Source of the DNA: Longimicrobiales bacterium | GTDB lineage: Bacteria > Gemmatimonadota > Gemmatimonadetes > Longimicrobiales > Gaopeijiaceae | Reading direction: 5' to 3' | Assembly (NCBI GenBank): GCA_965116905.1 | Contig: OZ220732.1 | Coordinates: 3,968,001 to 4,032,000, forward strand | Length of the DNA: 64,000 nt | Part shown: piece by piece, positions 31,164 to 40,458 of the stretch | How the letters are laid out: every line of letters starts with the position of its first letter | Position numbering within the stretch: the first letter of the stretch is position 1 | Notes under the pieces: generated by a model | What the model was told of the DNA's origin: nothing | What the model saw: the letters and a program-made list of their open reading frames with translations, nothing else | Database searches by the model: none | Translations under genes and position numbers: made by a program

Positions 31164-32455
31164 GCTCCCGGCCCGGCCGGCGGCGGCGATCCACCCGGAG
31201 ATCCGCCCGGAATGTACCGGACGCTGACCCGATTCGCGGGGTGCAGAAGACCGCGTGCCCACTCGCGTGCCTCTTCGACGGTGACGCTGCGGAGCCGGGA
31301 CAGGTCGTCGTTCAGACGCGCGGCATCCCCGAAGCAGGTCGCGTACATCGAGAGCAGGTCGGCGCGCGACTCCACGCGCTGCAGCTCCCTGAGCGTGCGC
31401 GTCTCCGTGCCGACCACGGCCCGTGCGACTTCCTCCTGCGTGAGCGTGCCGGCATCGTCGATCACCGCCGCGACCGCGTCTTCGAGGTCGTCGATGCCGG
31501 TGTCGGGGAAGCCGGTCGCGATGACCAGGAAGATCGTGACGCCGGTGGTCAGCGGAAGGAGGTGGCAGCTGGCCGACTTCGCGCGGCGGGAGCGCACCAC
31601 GCGGTCGTAGAGCCGTGAAGACCGCCCCGAGCCGAGACAGTTGGCCACCACCTCCCCGGGGTAGAAGGCGTCGGTCGTGAAGGGCGGCACGCGCGAAGCC
31701 ATGTAGATCCGCGGCAGGGGCACCGCCGCGTGCACGTCGGCGCGCAGGGTCTCGCCGGTGGAAAACGGAATCCTGGCCGTGCCGGGGACGGGGGGCGGGG
31801 GCGGGCCCGCGGGTATCTCCTCGAAGTAGCGCCTGACCCGGCCGTGCGCCTGTTCGGCGTCGAAGTCGCCGCAGACCGAGATCACGGCGTTGTTGGGGAG
31901 GTAGTAGGTGGCGAAGAACTCGTGCACGTCATCCAGCGTGGCGGCGGCGATGTCCTCCATGGAGCCGATCACGGTGTGGTGGTACGGATGGGTGGCCGGG
32001 AGGAGGAGCGACTGCATCCTCTCGTCCCAGTCCCCATAGGGCTGATTGTCGTATCGCTGCCTACGCTCGTTCATGACCACGTCGCGCTGGTTCTCCAGCT
32101 TCTCCTCGGTCATCGCAGGCAGCATCCACCCCATGCGGTCCGATTCCAGCCACAGCGCAAGGTCGAGGTGGTGGGACGGCACGGTGTCGTAGTAGTTCGT
32201 GCGGTCGAACCATGTCGTCGCGTTGGCCACGCCCCCCACCTTCTCGATGTGATGGAAGTGCCCGTTCTTCGGGACGTGCGCCGACCCCTGGAACATCATG
32301 TGCTCGAAGAGATGCGCGAACCCGGTATGCCCCGGCGTCTCGTTCCTGGACCCCACGCCGTACCAGAGGTTGACCCCCACGACCGGCGTGGTCCGGTCCG
32401 GCGCCAGGACAAGCCTGAGGCCGTTTGCGAGCGTGTGCTGCTCGATTTCGATCAT
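31160..32455 (-). CDS. M16 family zinc peptidase, catalytic subunit
   Basis: WYGVGSRNETPGHTGFAHLFEHMMFQGS (HxxEH), LWLESDRM and VMNERR motifs; ATG at 32455. Confidence 0.92.
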   Translation of the reverse strand: MIEIEQHTLANGLRLVLAPDRTTPVVGVNLWYGVGSRNETPGHTGFAHLFEHMMFQGSAHVPKNGHFHHIEKVGGVANATTWFDRTNYYDTVPSHHLDLALWLESDRMGWMLPAMTEEKLENQRDVVMNERRQRYDNQPYGDWDERMQSLLLPATHPYHHTVIGSMEDIAAATLDDVHEFFATYYLPNNAVISVCGDFDAEQAHGRVRRYFEEIPAGPPPPPVPGTARIPFSTGETLRADVHAAVPLPRIYMASRVPPFTTDAFYPGEVVANCLGSGRSSRLYDRVVRSRRAKSASCHLLPLTTGVTIFLVIATGFPDTGIDDLEDAVAAVIDDAGTLTQEEVARAVVGTETRTLRELQRVESRADLLSMYATCFGDAARLNDDLSRLRSVTVEEAREWARGLLHPANRVSVRYIPGGSPGGSPPPAGPGA

Positions 32456-32593
32456 GTCCGCATCGCGCGCTGCGCCGTTCCCCTCCAACACCGGTTGCAC
32501 CATCTTTCCCTGCGTGCGACAACACTCTAGCAGTTGACGACGCTGCACAAGGCGCCCGGGTTGCAGGCCGGCAAGCCCTGAAGGAGGCATTCC

Positions 32594-33715
32594 GTGGGAT
32601 TCACTCCCTTCGCGATGGAGCGGTGGCAATCCACCTGGGAGCATCGGGTGGAATTCAACCTGTCGGAGAGCGGCGTTCATCCCCTGACGGTCGGGGAACT
32701 GCTTTCGATGGCCGGCGGCTCGACGGATCTCGCGCGCGTCCGGCTCGGATACGGGCAGTCGAACGGTTCGGACGAGTTGAGGGCCCTCGTCGCTTCACTG
32801 TACCCGGGTGCGTCGGACCGCTCGGTGGTCGTCACCACCGGCGGAGCCGAGGCGAACTTCGTGGGATTCTGGGAGCTCGCGGCGGCCAGCGGGCCGGTGG
32901 CGGTCATGCTGCCCAACTACATGCAGGTTCCCGGACTGATCGAAAACTTCGAAGGGGGGTACGCACCCTTCCACCTTCGCGAAGAGGCCGGTTGGCGCCC
33001 CGATCTCGATCAGCTCGAAGCGGCACTGCGGGGCGGAGCGGGATTCATCCTGATCACGAACCCCAACAACCCCACCGGCATCGCCCTGACCGAGGCCGAG
33101 ACCGACGAGATCGTCCGTCTGGCGGATCGGTACGGCGCCTGGATCCTCTCGGACGAGGTGTACCAGGGCGCCGAGGTGGGTGAAGACCCGGTCCCGTCGT
33201 TCTGGGGCCGCTACGACAAGGTGCTGGTGACGAACACGATGTCCAAGGCGTACGCGCTACCCGGACTGCGCCTGGGGTGGGTGGTGGGTCCCGACGACGT
33301 CGTGGAGCGGCTGTGGGCCCGCACCGACTACACCACGATCGCGCCCGCGTCGCTCTCGGACGCGCTCGCCACCGTCGCGCTGTCGCCGGACGTGCGTCCC
33401 CGGATCCTTGAGCGGACCCGCGGCATCATCCGCCACAACCTGCGCGTGATGAGCGACTGGATGGACGGCCACGGAGGCCTGTTCAGCTACACGCCCCCCG
33501 ACGCGGGCGCGATCTGCATGGTGCGGTACCACGCGCCGACCGGGTCGCTGGAGCTCGCCGAGCGGCTACGGGTCGAGCACAGCCTGCTCATCGTTCCCGG
33601 CGCCCATTTCGGCGTCGAGGGGACGATGCGGATCGGGTTCGGACTGCCGGAGGACGAACTCGTGCAGGGGCTGGAGCGCCTGGGGTCCGTCTTCGCCACG
33701 GCAGGCACCGCATAG
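32594..33715 (+). CDS. PLP-dependent aminotransferase class I/II
   Basis: TNPNNPTG, LSDEVY and SKAYALPGLRLGW motifs; GGAGG RBS before the GTG. Confidence 0.9.
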   Translation: MGFTPFAMERWQSTWEHRVEFNLSESGVHPLTVGELLSMAGGSTDLARVRLGYGQSNGSDELRALVASLYPGASDRSVVVTTGGAEANFVGFWELAAASGPVAVMLPNYMQVPGLIENFEGGYAPFHLREEAGWRPDLDQLEAALRGGAGFILITNPNNPTGIALTEAETDEIVRLADRYGAWILSDEVYQGAEVGEDPVPSFWGRYDKVLVTNTMSKAYALPGLRLGWVVGPDDVVERLWARTDYTTIAPASLSDALATVALSPDVRPRILERTRGIIRHNLRVMSDWMDGHGGLFSYTPPDAGAICMVRYHAPTGSLELAERLRVEHSLLIVPGAHFGVEGTMRIGFGLPEDELVQGLERLGSVFATAGTA

Positions 33716-33771
33716 TAGAGTATGCGGAAAGACGCTTTATGTATATCGAAGTTTACATGAACGATCTCGGG

Positions 33772-34461
33772 TCACAGCCCGAGGTCATCCGTTTCCACCG
33801 GCGTCACGCAGTCGGGTTCGTCGTAGCCGGCCCGGTTCACCGCCCTTGAGACGGGGTACAGGTTGAGCTCGGGTGTCTCGGCTCCGCCCAGGATGGCGTT
33901 CAGCGCCGTGGGCGTCGTGCCCCGCGCCAGCCAGTCGTCCCAGCTGTGCGCGGGAAGAATGACCGGGACCCTGTCGTGGAGCCAGCGGATCGCGTCGGGG
34001 GCATCCCGCGTGAGGATCGAGAACGTCAGCAGCCTGGAGCCGGTTCGCGACCGCCAGGTGGACCAGATCCCGGCCATGGCGAAGACCTCCCGCCCGGCCT
34101 GGTGCAGCCAGTACGGCTGCTTTCCCGTCGGGCGCCTCTCCCACTCGTAGAAGCCGTCGGCCGGCACCAGGCAGCGTTGCGCGAGGAAGGACTCCCGGAA
34201 GGCCCTCCGTTCACCGACCGTTTCGGACCGCGCATTGATCATGCGGGGTCCCACGCGCGGGCTGTCCGCCCAGTGCGGGACGAGGCCCCACCGCATGAGA
34301 CCGGCCCGCCTGCCCGTGGGCGCGGCGATCACGATCGGCGCCTCCTCGGTGGGAGCGACGTTGTAGCGGGGGCGGTGGTGCGCCAGGCCCGGCGAAGTCT
34401 CCGCCCTGAACGCGCCGACGACGGCGTCGACCTCGACGGCTAGACTGAAGCGGCCGCACAC
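33772..34461 (-). CDS. SOS response-associated peptidase (SRAP, YedK/HMCES family)
   Basis: MCGRF (catalytic Cys2), RYNVAPT, MRWGLVP, INARSET, RCLVPADGFYEW and HDRVPVIL motifs. Confidence 0.93.
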   Translation of the reverse strand: MCGRFSLAVEVDAVVGAFRAETSPGLAHHRPRYNVAPTEEAPIVIAAPTGRRAGLMRWGLVPHWADSPRVGPRMINARSETVGERRAFRESFLAQRCLVPADGFYEWERRPTGKQPYWLHQAGREVFAMAGIWSTWRSRTGSRLLTFSILTRDAPDAIRWLHDRVPVILPAHSWDDWLARGTTPTALNAILGGAETPELNLYPVSRAVNRAGYDEPDCVTPVETDDLGL

Positions 34462-34465
34462 GGAC

Positions 34466-35488
34466 TCAGCCGCCGGACGAAGCAGCCTCCGCCAGCGCGT
34501 CCACCGCCGTTGCGCTCGCGATGCCGGCGGTGTCCCTCACGACGAAGAAGCCGTCCTCTCCCTGCTCCTGATAGAGCGGCATCAGGAGCCGGCCGCTCTT
34601 CGGCACCACCACTTCGCCGTGGCGGTCGTCGCCGACCACGTCTCCCACTCGCACGCGCTGGAAGTTGCGGAAGCCCGGACGGGTCCGGTAGCGGTCAGCC
34701 GGCTCGACCGGGTGGCGATACGTGCTCTCGAGCACCCGGGGCAACCCCCGGTATGCGTGCCTGAGCGCCCGGTACGCGGCTGCGGCCTCGGGCACGTCCC
34801 CCCAGTCGAGCAGGCCCGCCGCGTGGATCGCCAGCCAGACCGCGCTGGCCGCCCTCACCCTCGCGTCCGCTTCCTCGTGCTGTCCGCATTCGAAGACGGC
34901 CGACGTATACCCCAGGTGGTCCATGTAGCTGTTGAAGGTGCCCTCGAGGTGCTGGTCCAGCTTCATGACCAGCGGCGCCGGTATGGCCATCGCGAAACGC
35001 TTGTTGTGGGGCAGGTCGCTCGCGGTCGTAAAGGCCCCGCCGCCGCCCGAGGTCGTGTGGATGTCGAGAACGTACACGGGACCCCGGCGCCGCTCCGCCA
35101 CCTCGTCCAGCACGTCGAGAATCCGGAGCATCTCCAGGTCCTCGTGCTGCAGTGCGCTGCCGTTCGCCGCATCCAGGGACCTCACCGCCGAGACCCTGGC
35201 CGGCGTCCACGCGCGGTTCAGGTCGTACGCGAGGAAGCGGCGCCCGGCCTCGAGTGCCTGCAGGTTGCCCGCCACCGCGATGAACTCGCCCCTGAGAAGC
35301 CGCCTGCGCGCGGCGACCGCCTCGATGATCGCCTCCAGCGCCCGCACCCCGGCCGGCTCGTTGCCGTGCAGCCCTCCGATGCAGAGAAGCAGCGGGCCCG
35401 AGCCGACGCCCGTGACGCGCTCGATGACCCCGCGCCGCGAGAGCCACTCTGCCCGCCCCACCGACGCGCCCGCCACCCGGTCAGCCAC
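34466..35488 (-). CDS. Succinylglutamate desuccinylase/aspartoacylase-family zinc deacylase
   Basis: GGLHGNEPAG (HxxE), DLNRAW, LDIHTT, FECGQH and GFRNFQ motifs. Confidence 0.85.
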   Translation of the reverse strand: MADRVAGASVGRAEWLSRRGVIERVTGVGSGPLLLCIGGLHGNEPAGVRALEAIIEAVAARRRLLRGEFIAVAGNLQALEAGRRFLAYDLNRAWTPARVSAVRSLDAANGSALQHEDLEMLRILDVLDEVAERRRGPVYVLDIHTTSGGGGAFTTASDLPHNKRFAMAIPAPLVMKLDQHLEGTFNSYMDHLGYTSAVFECGQHEEADARVRAASAVWLAIHAAGLLDWGDVPEAAAAYRALRHAYRGLPRVLESTYRHPVEPADRYRTRPGFRNFQRVRVGDVVGDDRHGEVVVPKSGRLLMPLYQEQGEDGFFVVRDTAGIASATAVDALAEAASSGG

Positions 35489-35494
35489 TCGTGG

Positions 35495-37405
35495 CTAGTC
35501 CTCCTGGAGCCGTTCTTCGAGGAGATGATAGGCCATCGGCATGAAGTCCGTTTCGCTCACCAGGCCGACCAGCTGACCGTCCTGGACCACCGGCAGCGCC
35601 GAGACCCGGTTGCTTCGCATGCTGCTTATCGCCTCGAGGGTCGTCGTGTCCGGCGACGCCGTCACCGGACTCCGCTCCATGATCTCGCTCACGGGGATGC
35701 TCTCGGCCTCCGCCTGCGTCCGGCCCTCGGCCATCAGGCGCAGGATCGAACGATAGGACACGATGCCGACCAGCCGGTGGTCGTTGTCCTCGATCAGCAC
35801 ATGACGAATCTGGCGTACGTGCATGAGGTAGGCGACCAGCTCCACCAGCTCGTCCTGGTTCACCGTCGTCAGAGACGTCGTCATGTATTGCTCGACGCGC
35901 ATGTAGTTGTGCTTCCAGCCTCCGGCCTCGCTGAGTTCGGCCGGCTCCCAGCGCGCCACCGGAAGCCCCTTCTTCTGCTGGCGCACCGTCGCGGACGTAA
36001 GCGCCGCCAGCTGCTCGCCCTTCGTACCCGCCCCCTTGAGGTTGCTCAGGGACCGGAGCGCCCAGCTGGCCCCCGTCACACCCTTCGACACGCGCTCCTC
36101 GATCACGTCGAGATAGCGGTCCAGCTCCGTCTCGTACACCGGGTAGCGCCTCAGTCCCTCCCGGGCGAACGGCAGCAGCGTGTCCAGGACCAGCCGGTCG
36201 GCCGGGCCGCTCTTCCCGTCGAGCCACGCCATCCCGCCCCGCAGCCCGAGCCGCGAGGCGGCCAGGAAGTTGGCCTTGGCGTCGTCGAATTCCATGCGCT
36301 CCGTGAGGTCGGGGACCGCCTCGGCAACGCCCAGCACGGTCCCGATCCAGAAGACCGTGTTGGCCATCTCGTCCAGCGTGGACGGGCCCGCCGGAAGGGC
36401 GCGGCACTCAATGCGCAGGTGCGGCTGGCCCTTCGAGATGCCGTAGCACGGCCGGTTCCACCGGTAGACGGTGCCGTTGAAGAGCTGAAGGGCCTGCAGC
36501 CTGGGAACGCCTCCGTCCTCCAGCACCTCGAGCGCATCCTCCTCCACGTCCATCGCGAGGAGCACCCGGAAGGTGGCGATGTCCTCCTGGAAGAGCTCGG
36601 TCACCGACTTCTCCAGCCAGCTGCCCCCGAACCGCACGCGCGGACTCATCTCCCGCATGTGAAGGTCGGCCCCGCGGGTATCGAGCGACTGCCGGAAGAG
36701 CGCGATCCGCGTCTCGGCCCACAGCCGGCGACCGAAGAGCAGCGGCGAGTTGACCGACGCGGCGAGTATGGGCCCCGTGACGGCCTGGGCCACGTTGTAG
36801 AAGTGCGCGAACTCGTCCGCGGACACCTGCAGGTGGACCTGCGCACTCGTGTTGCAGGCCTCGAGCATCACGGAATCGTGCTGGATCATCAGCTCGTCCG
36901 TGCCCCTGATCCGCAACCGGAAGCCGCTCCCCGCCTGGTTCATGGCTTCGTTGAGGGCGTAGTAGCGTTCCCGCGGTGTGATGTTGTCGAGCGAGAGGTC
37001 CGACTTGGTCAGGGTGGGCAGGATGCCGGTGAGCACGGCCTCGGAGTTGTGCAGCCGGGCGGCATCGCGCACGCGCGTCACATAGCTGTCGAGTTCCGCG
37101 TGCATGTCGGAAAAACACGACCCCTCGAGAAGCCGCGGCGACAGGTTGGCCTCCAGGTTGAAGCGCGCCAGCTCGGTCGTGAACGGCTCGTCGTCGAGTT
37201 CGTCCAGGACCTGGACCGCCACCGGCGCCGGCCGCCAGGCCTCGTCTACGAGAAAGAATTCCTGCTCGGCGCCGAACCGGCGGATCCCGGATTCGATTCG
37301 GCCGTCCTCGAGGAGGCGCTCCAGCGCCTGGAGGTCCCTGAGGAGCGCGCGAGTAAAGACCCGGATGGCCTCCGGGGATGTCTGGGGCTTGAGATCGACG
37401 CCCAT
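35495..37405 (-). CDS. Glutamate-cysteine ligase family 2 (GCS2/YbdK-like) carboxylate-amine ligase fused to a C-terminal CBS pair
   Basis: FGAEQEFFLVD, TTELARFNLE, SAQVHLQV, NSPLLFG, YRWNRPCY and LRIECRALP motifs; tandem CBS domains in the last ~140 aa. Confidence 0.82.
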   Translation of the reverse strand: MGVDLKPQTSPEAIRVFTRALLRDLQALERLLEDGRIESGIRRFGAEQEFFLVDEAWRPAPVAVQVLDELDDEPFTTELARFNLEANLSPRLLEGSCFSDMHAELDSYVTRVRDAARLHNSEAVLTGILPTLTKSDLSLDNITPRERYYALNEAMNQAGSGFRLRIRGTDELMIQHDSVMLEACNTSAQVHLQVSADEFAHFYNVAQAVTGPILAASVNSPLLFGRRLWAETRIALFRQSLDTRGADLHMREMSPRVRFGGSWLEKSVTELFQEDIATFRVLLAMDVEEDALEVLEDGGVPRLQALQLFNGTVYRWNRPCYGISKGQPHLRIECRALPAGPSTLDEMANTVFWIGTVLGVAEAVPDLTERMEFDDAKANFLAASRLGLRGGMAWLDGKSGPADRLVLDTLLPFAREGLRRYPVYETELDRYLDVIEERVSKGVTGASWALRSLSNLKGAGTKGEQLAALTSATVRQQKKGLPVARWEPAELSEAGGWKHNYMRVEQYMTTSLTTVNQDELVELVAYLMHVRQIRHVLIEDNDHRLVGIVSYRSILRLMAEGRTQAEAESIPVSEIMERSPVTASPDTTTLEAISSMRSNRVSALPVVQDGQLVGLVSETDFMPMAYHLLEERLQED

Positions 37406-37480
37406 TAGCGTTCCTGGATTCTTCCGGTCCGATGTCCTTGTGTGTACGCCTCGCGACGGATTCTATCTGAAAGGGCCGCC

Positions 37481-38149
37481 CTAGCGAAAGGTCGCGATGG
37501 CCGCGAGGGCCTTCTTCGTGATCGCCGGCACCCGGACCCGGTCCGCGGGATACCCCGCTACGAGCAGCAGGAAGGGACGCTCGTTCGGCGGCCTGTCCAG
37601 GATCTCGTTGAGGAAGTTCATCGGCGACGGGGTGTGGGTCAGCGTCGCCAGCCCCGCATGGTGGAGCGCCGTGATCAGGATACCCGTCGCGATCCCCACG
37701 CTCTCCTGCACGTAGTAGTTCTTGAGCTTCCGCCCATCCCGGCCGACCATGTACCGCTCGGCGAAGATCGCGATCAGGTACGGGGCGGTCTCCAGGAATG
37801 GCTTGTGCTCGTCCGTGCCGAGCGCGGCCAGGGCATCGAGCCACTCCTTCGGGGCGCCGCCGCGATAGAACGCCCGCTCCTCGGCCTCGGCCGCGACCCT
37901 GATGCGGGCCTTGATCTCCGGGTCGGAAACGGCCACGAAGTGCCACGGCTGATGGTTCGCCCCGCTCGGCGCGGTCCCCGCCGCTCGAATGCACTCCTCG
38001 ATCACGCCGCGGGGCACCGGCCGGTCGCTGTATTCCCTGACCGTGCGGCGGCGCTGTGCCTCGGCCCGGAACTCCGACGCGCGCGCCGTCATCTCGGCGG
38101 GCGGGCGCTCGATCCAGGATTCGAGCGGAACGAAGCGGGGGTCGGTCAA
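37481..38149 (-). CDS. Nitroreductase-superfamily flavoprotein, iodotyrosine deiodinase (IYD)-like
   Basis: [61 protein letters not shown] and [11 protein letters not shown] motifs. Start placed at TTG 38149. Confidence 0.85.
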   Translation of the reverse strand: MTDPRFVPLESWIERPPAEMTARASEFRAEAQRRRTVREYSDRPVPRGVIEECIRAAGTAPSGANHQPWHFVAVSDPEIKARIRVAAEAEERAFYRGGAPKEWLDALAALGTDEHKPFLETAPYLIAIFAERYMVGRDGRKLKNYYVQESVGIATGILITALHHAGLATLTHTPSPMNFLNEILDRPPNERPFLLLVAGYPADRVRVPAITKKALAAIATFR

Positions 38150-38163
38150 CGGAAAGGGCTTTC

Positions 38164-38217
38164 CGGCCGTGCGGGCGCGCTCATTCGCGGCCGTGAGGGT
38201 GCGCTCATTCGCGGCCG
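38164..38217. repeat. 24-bp tandem duplication at a gene junction
   Basis: CGGCCGTGCGGGCGCGCTCATTCG then CGGCCGTGAGGGTGCGCTCATTCG; duplicates the upstream gene's stop codon. Confidence 0.85.
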
Positions 38218-38744
38218 CGCAGGCGCGTGTAGGCGGCAACGACATCGCCCCCGCTCCACTCGCGCACCACACTGGAGGCCGGCACGCCCAGGGAGCGCGA
38301 CAGGAAGCGTACGTTCACCAGTCCCACCAGTTCCTCGTCCGAGAGCGAGACATTGCGCCATTCGGAGGCGACACGGGCCTCGAAGCGCTCGTACGCGCCG
38401 GCCAGGAATCCCGGGGAACCGTCGATGGGCACGTGAAAGTCACCCGCGTGCACCGAGTAGCCCCCGGCGATCTCCAACCAGCTGGCACCGCGCCGCCGCT
38501 GGGCCACGACGACGTCGGGGGGAACACCCGCGCGTGTCGCCAGTCGCAGGACGACCGGTATCTCGGCGGTGGAAAGGTCCCAACGGGCCAGAACCATGAC
38601 CTCGCCCGCGGGCGTGCCGAAATACTCGCCCACGGCGCGGAGAAACGCCGCGTCTTCGGGGTTTCCCTGCTGTGCCTCAAGTACTCCAGGTGCAAGTACG
38701 AAAAGCAGCGCCGCCGCGGCCTTCGATCTTCCCGGGTTCCACAT
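38205..38744 (-). CDS. Hypothetical exported helical protein
   Basis: ATG 38744 after a GGAG RBS; signal peptide ending LEA-QQ; co-oriented with its neighbours; no family recognised. Confidence 0.7.
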   Translation of the reverse strand: MWNPGRSKAAAALLFVLAPGVLEAQQGNPEDAAFLRAVGEYFGTPAGEVMVLARWDLSTAEIPVVLRLATRAGVPPDVVVAQRRRGASWLEIAGGYSVHAGDFHVPIDGSPGFLAGAYERFEARVASEWRNVSLSDEELVGLVNVRFLSRSLGVPASSVVREWSGGDVVAAYTRLRGRE

Positions 38745-38856
38745 TCTTGCCGTCTCCTGTCGCTTCCGAAATGTCACCGCGCCGGCGCCTGCCCGCCAGC
38801 CCCGCCCCGCGCCCCGCCGGCCCGGCGCCTCACCGCTCCGGGTGCATTTTGCGGCG

Positions 38857-39975
38857 TTATCCGCGGACTGCGAGCGCCCGCAGCGCCCGTTCGCGGGCCG
38901 CAACCACGGGCGAGCACCCCGCGTCGTCGGCCTCGCGGAAGATCGCCGCCAGCGAACCACCGATGGAGCGGACGCGCGACTCCAGGTCGCCGGGATCGAG
39001 TATCCCCCGCTCCATGAGCCCGAACGACATCGCGCCGCCGCCGTTGATCACGTAGTCGGGCGCGTACAGGATCCCGCGTGCCCTCAGCCGGTCCGCGTCC
39101 TCCGGCACCTCGAGCTGGTTGTTGGCGGCGCCGGCGACGATGCGGCAGCGCAGGCGCGGAATCGAGCGCTGGTTGAGGGTCGCACCGACCGCGCTGGGGG
39201 CGTACACGTCGCACTCGGTGTCGTACACCGCGCCGGGGTCGACCGCAGTCCCGCCGCACCGCGCGGCGACGGCACTCGCACGCTCCGCGTCGATTTCGGA
39301 CACGAGCACGCGCGCACCCGAGTCGCGCAGAAGGCCCGCCAGCGCGCCACCCACGTCTCCCGCGCCCTGGACCAGCACCGACTTCCCGGTGAGATCCGGG
39401 CTGCCGTCGAGGTGGTTCACCGCCGCCACGATGCCCGCGTGAACTCCCACGGCCGTGTAGGGACTCGGATTCGGCGGCGGGTTGCCGTCGTGGCTGCCCG
39501 CCACCGCGTTCGTGAGCGCTGCGAGAAAGGTCATGTCCTCGCGGGTCGTCCCGAGGTCCTCGCCGACGCTGTAGCCCCCGTCCAGGGCGTTCAGCACGCG
39601 GGCGAAGCGCCGGAACAGGCTGCGGCGCCGCTCCCCCGCGACAGGCCCGGGAACGGATAGCACGGACTTCCCGCCCCCGTACGGCAGGTCGATCGCCGCC
39701 CACTTGCTGGTCATGCCCTCGGCCAGCCTCATCGCGTCGTGCAGCGCCTCGGCGGGCGACGGATAGCTCTTGAGGCGGCAGCCGCCCGTCGGGCGGCCAA
39801 GGGTGTTGTCGTGGAGCGCCACGAAGATCCAGCTCCGCGTCTCCTCGTGAAAGGACGAGACGACGCCCAGGCCATCCCATCCCTCGATCAGCGTTTCCAG
39901 CCCGATCTGCGTGCCGCCGGCGCCGTTGTCGGCGCCCGCCGGACCACGCCGCCCCTCCGTGTTGGAATTCCTCAC
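38857..39975 (-). CDS. Glu/Leu/Phe/Val dehydrogenase (Leu/Phe-DH-like)
   Basis: GGCRLKSY, LAEGMTSK, GGGKSV, GEDLGT, QGAGDVG, AGAANNQL and YAPDYVINGGG motifs. Confidence 0.9.
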   Translation of the reverse strand: MRNSNTEGRRGPAGADNGAGGTQIGLETLIEGWDGLGVVSSFHEETRSWIFVALHDNTLGRPTGGCRLKSYPSPAEALHDAMRLAEGMTSKWAAIDLPYGGGKSVLSVPGPVAGERRRSLFRRFARVLNALDGGYSVGEDLGTTREDMTFLAALTNAVAGSHDGNPPPNPSPYTAVGVHAGIVAAVNHLDGSPDLTGKSVLVQGAGDVGGALAGLLRDSGARVLVSEIDAERASAVAARCGGTAVDPGAVYDTECDVYAPSAVGATLNQRSIPRLRCRIVAGAANNQLEVPEDADRLRARGILYAPDYVINGGGAMSFGLMERGILDPGDLESRVRSIGGSLAAIFREADDAGCSPVVAARERALRALAVRG

Positions 39976-40385
39976 CTGGGTCGAGCCTCCTTTCGGTACA
40001 CGAAGCGCAATCCCGACCAGTCCCGGTCGATCGCGCATATCTTGTTGTCCACCATGCCGCCCGCGAGACCCGCACGCCGGACATCCGACTCGCGGATGTC
40101 GCTCGCCAATCTGCCGGCCAGCTTCGGCCAGGCAAGCCAGAGCCCGCCATTCCAGTTCAACTGGGGACTGAAGCGGTCGACGGTTCCCGGGAGCGCCGCC
40201 AGCGCGGGCAGAAAGACCACGATCACGTCGTAGCGACGCGGCCCGGAAAAACCGTGGTCGACAATCACCGAGGCCGGGAGGTCGAGCGCCGCTGCAAAGT
40301 CATCCGGGCCGCCCGCCCATCCGACGCGGTGCCCTTCGCCGATTCCCAGCTTTCGCGCGAGCGGGGTTCCCGAGTAGCCCGCCAT
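39972..40385 (-). CDS. DUF3052-like protein
   Basis: MAGYSGTPLARKLGI...GGLWLAWPK...GMVDNKICAIDRDWSGLRFV. Confidence 0.8.
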   Translation of the reverse strand: MAGYSGTPLARKLGIGEGHRVGWAGGPDDFAAALDLPASVIVDHGFSGPRRYDVIVVFLPALAALPGTVDRFSPQLNWNGGLWLAWPKLAGRLASDIRESDVRRAGLAGGMVDNKICAIDRDWSGLRFVYRKEARPR

Positions 40386-40458
40386 GCAGTCCTCCATGAA
40401 GTTTGGTGGAAACGATGGAGTAAGTTAGAACACCACCCACCACCGAGAGGCCCCGCCA

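Noticed and set aside
34619..37408. 929-aa plus-strand ORF
   Set aside because: Antisense to the GCS2-CBS and deacylase genes, with no recognisable domain.
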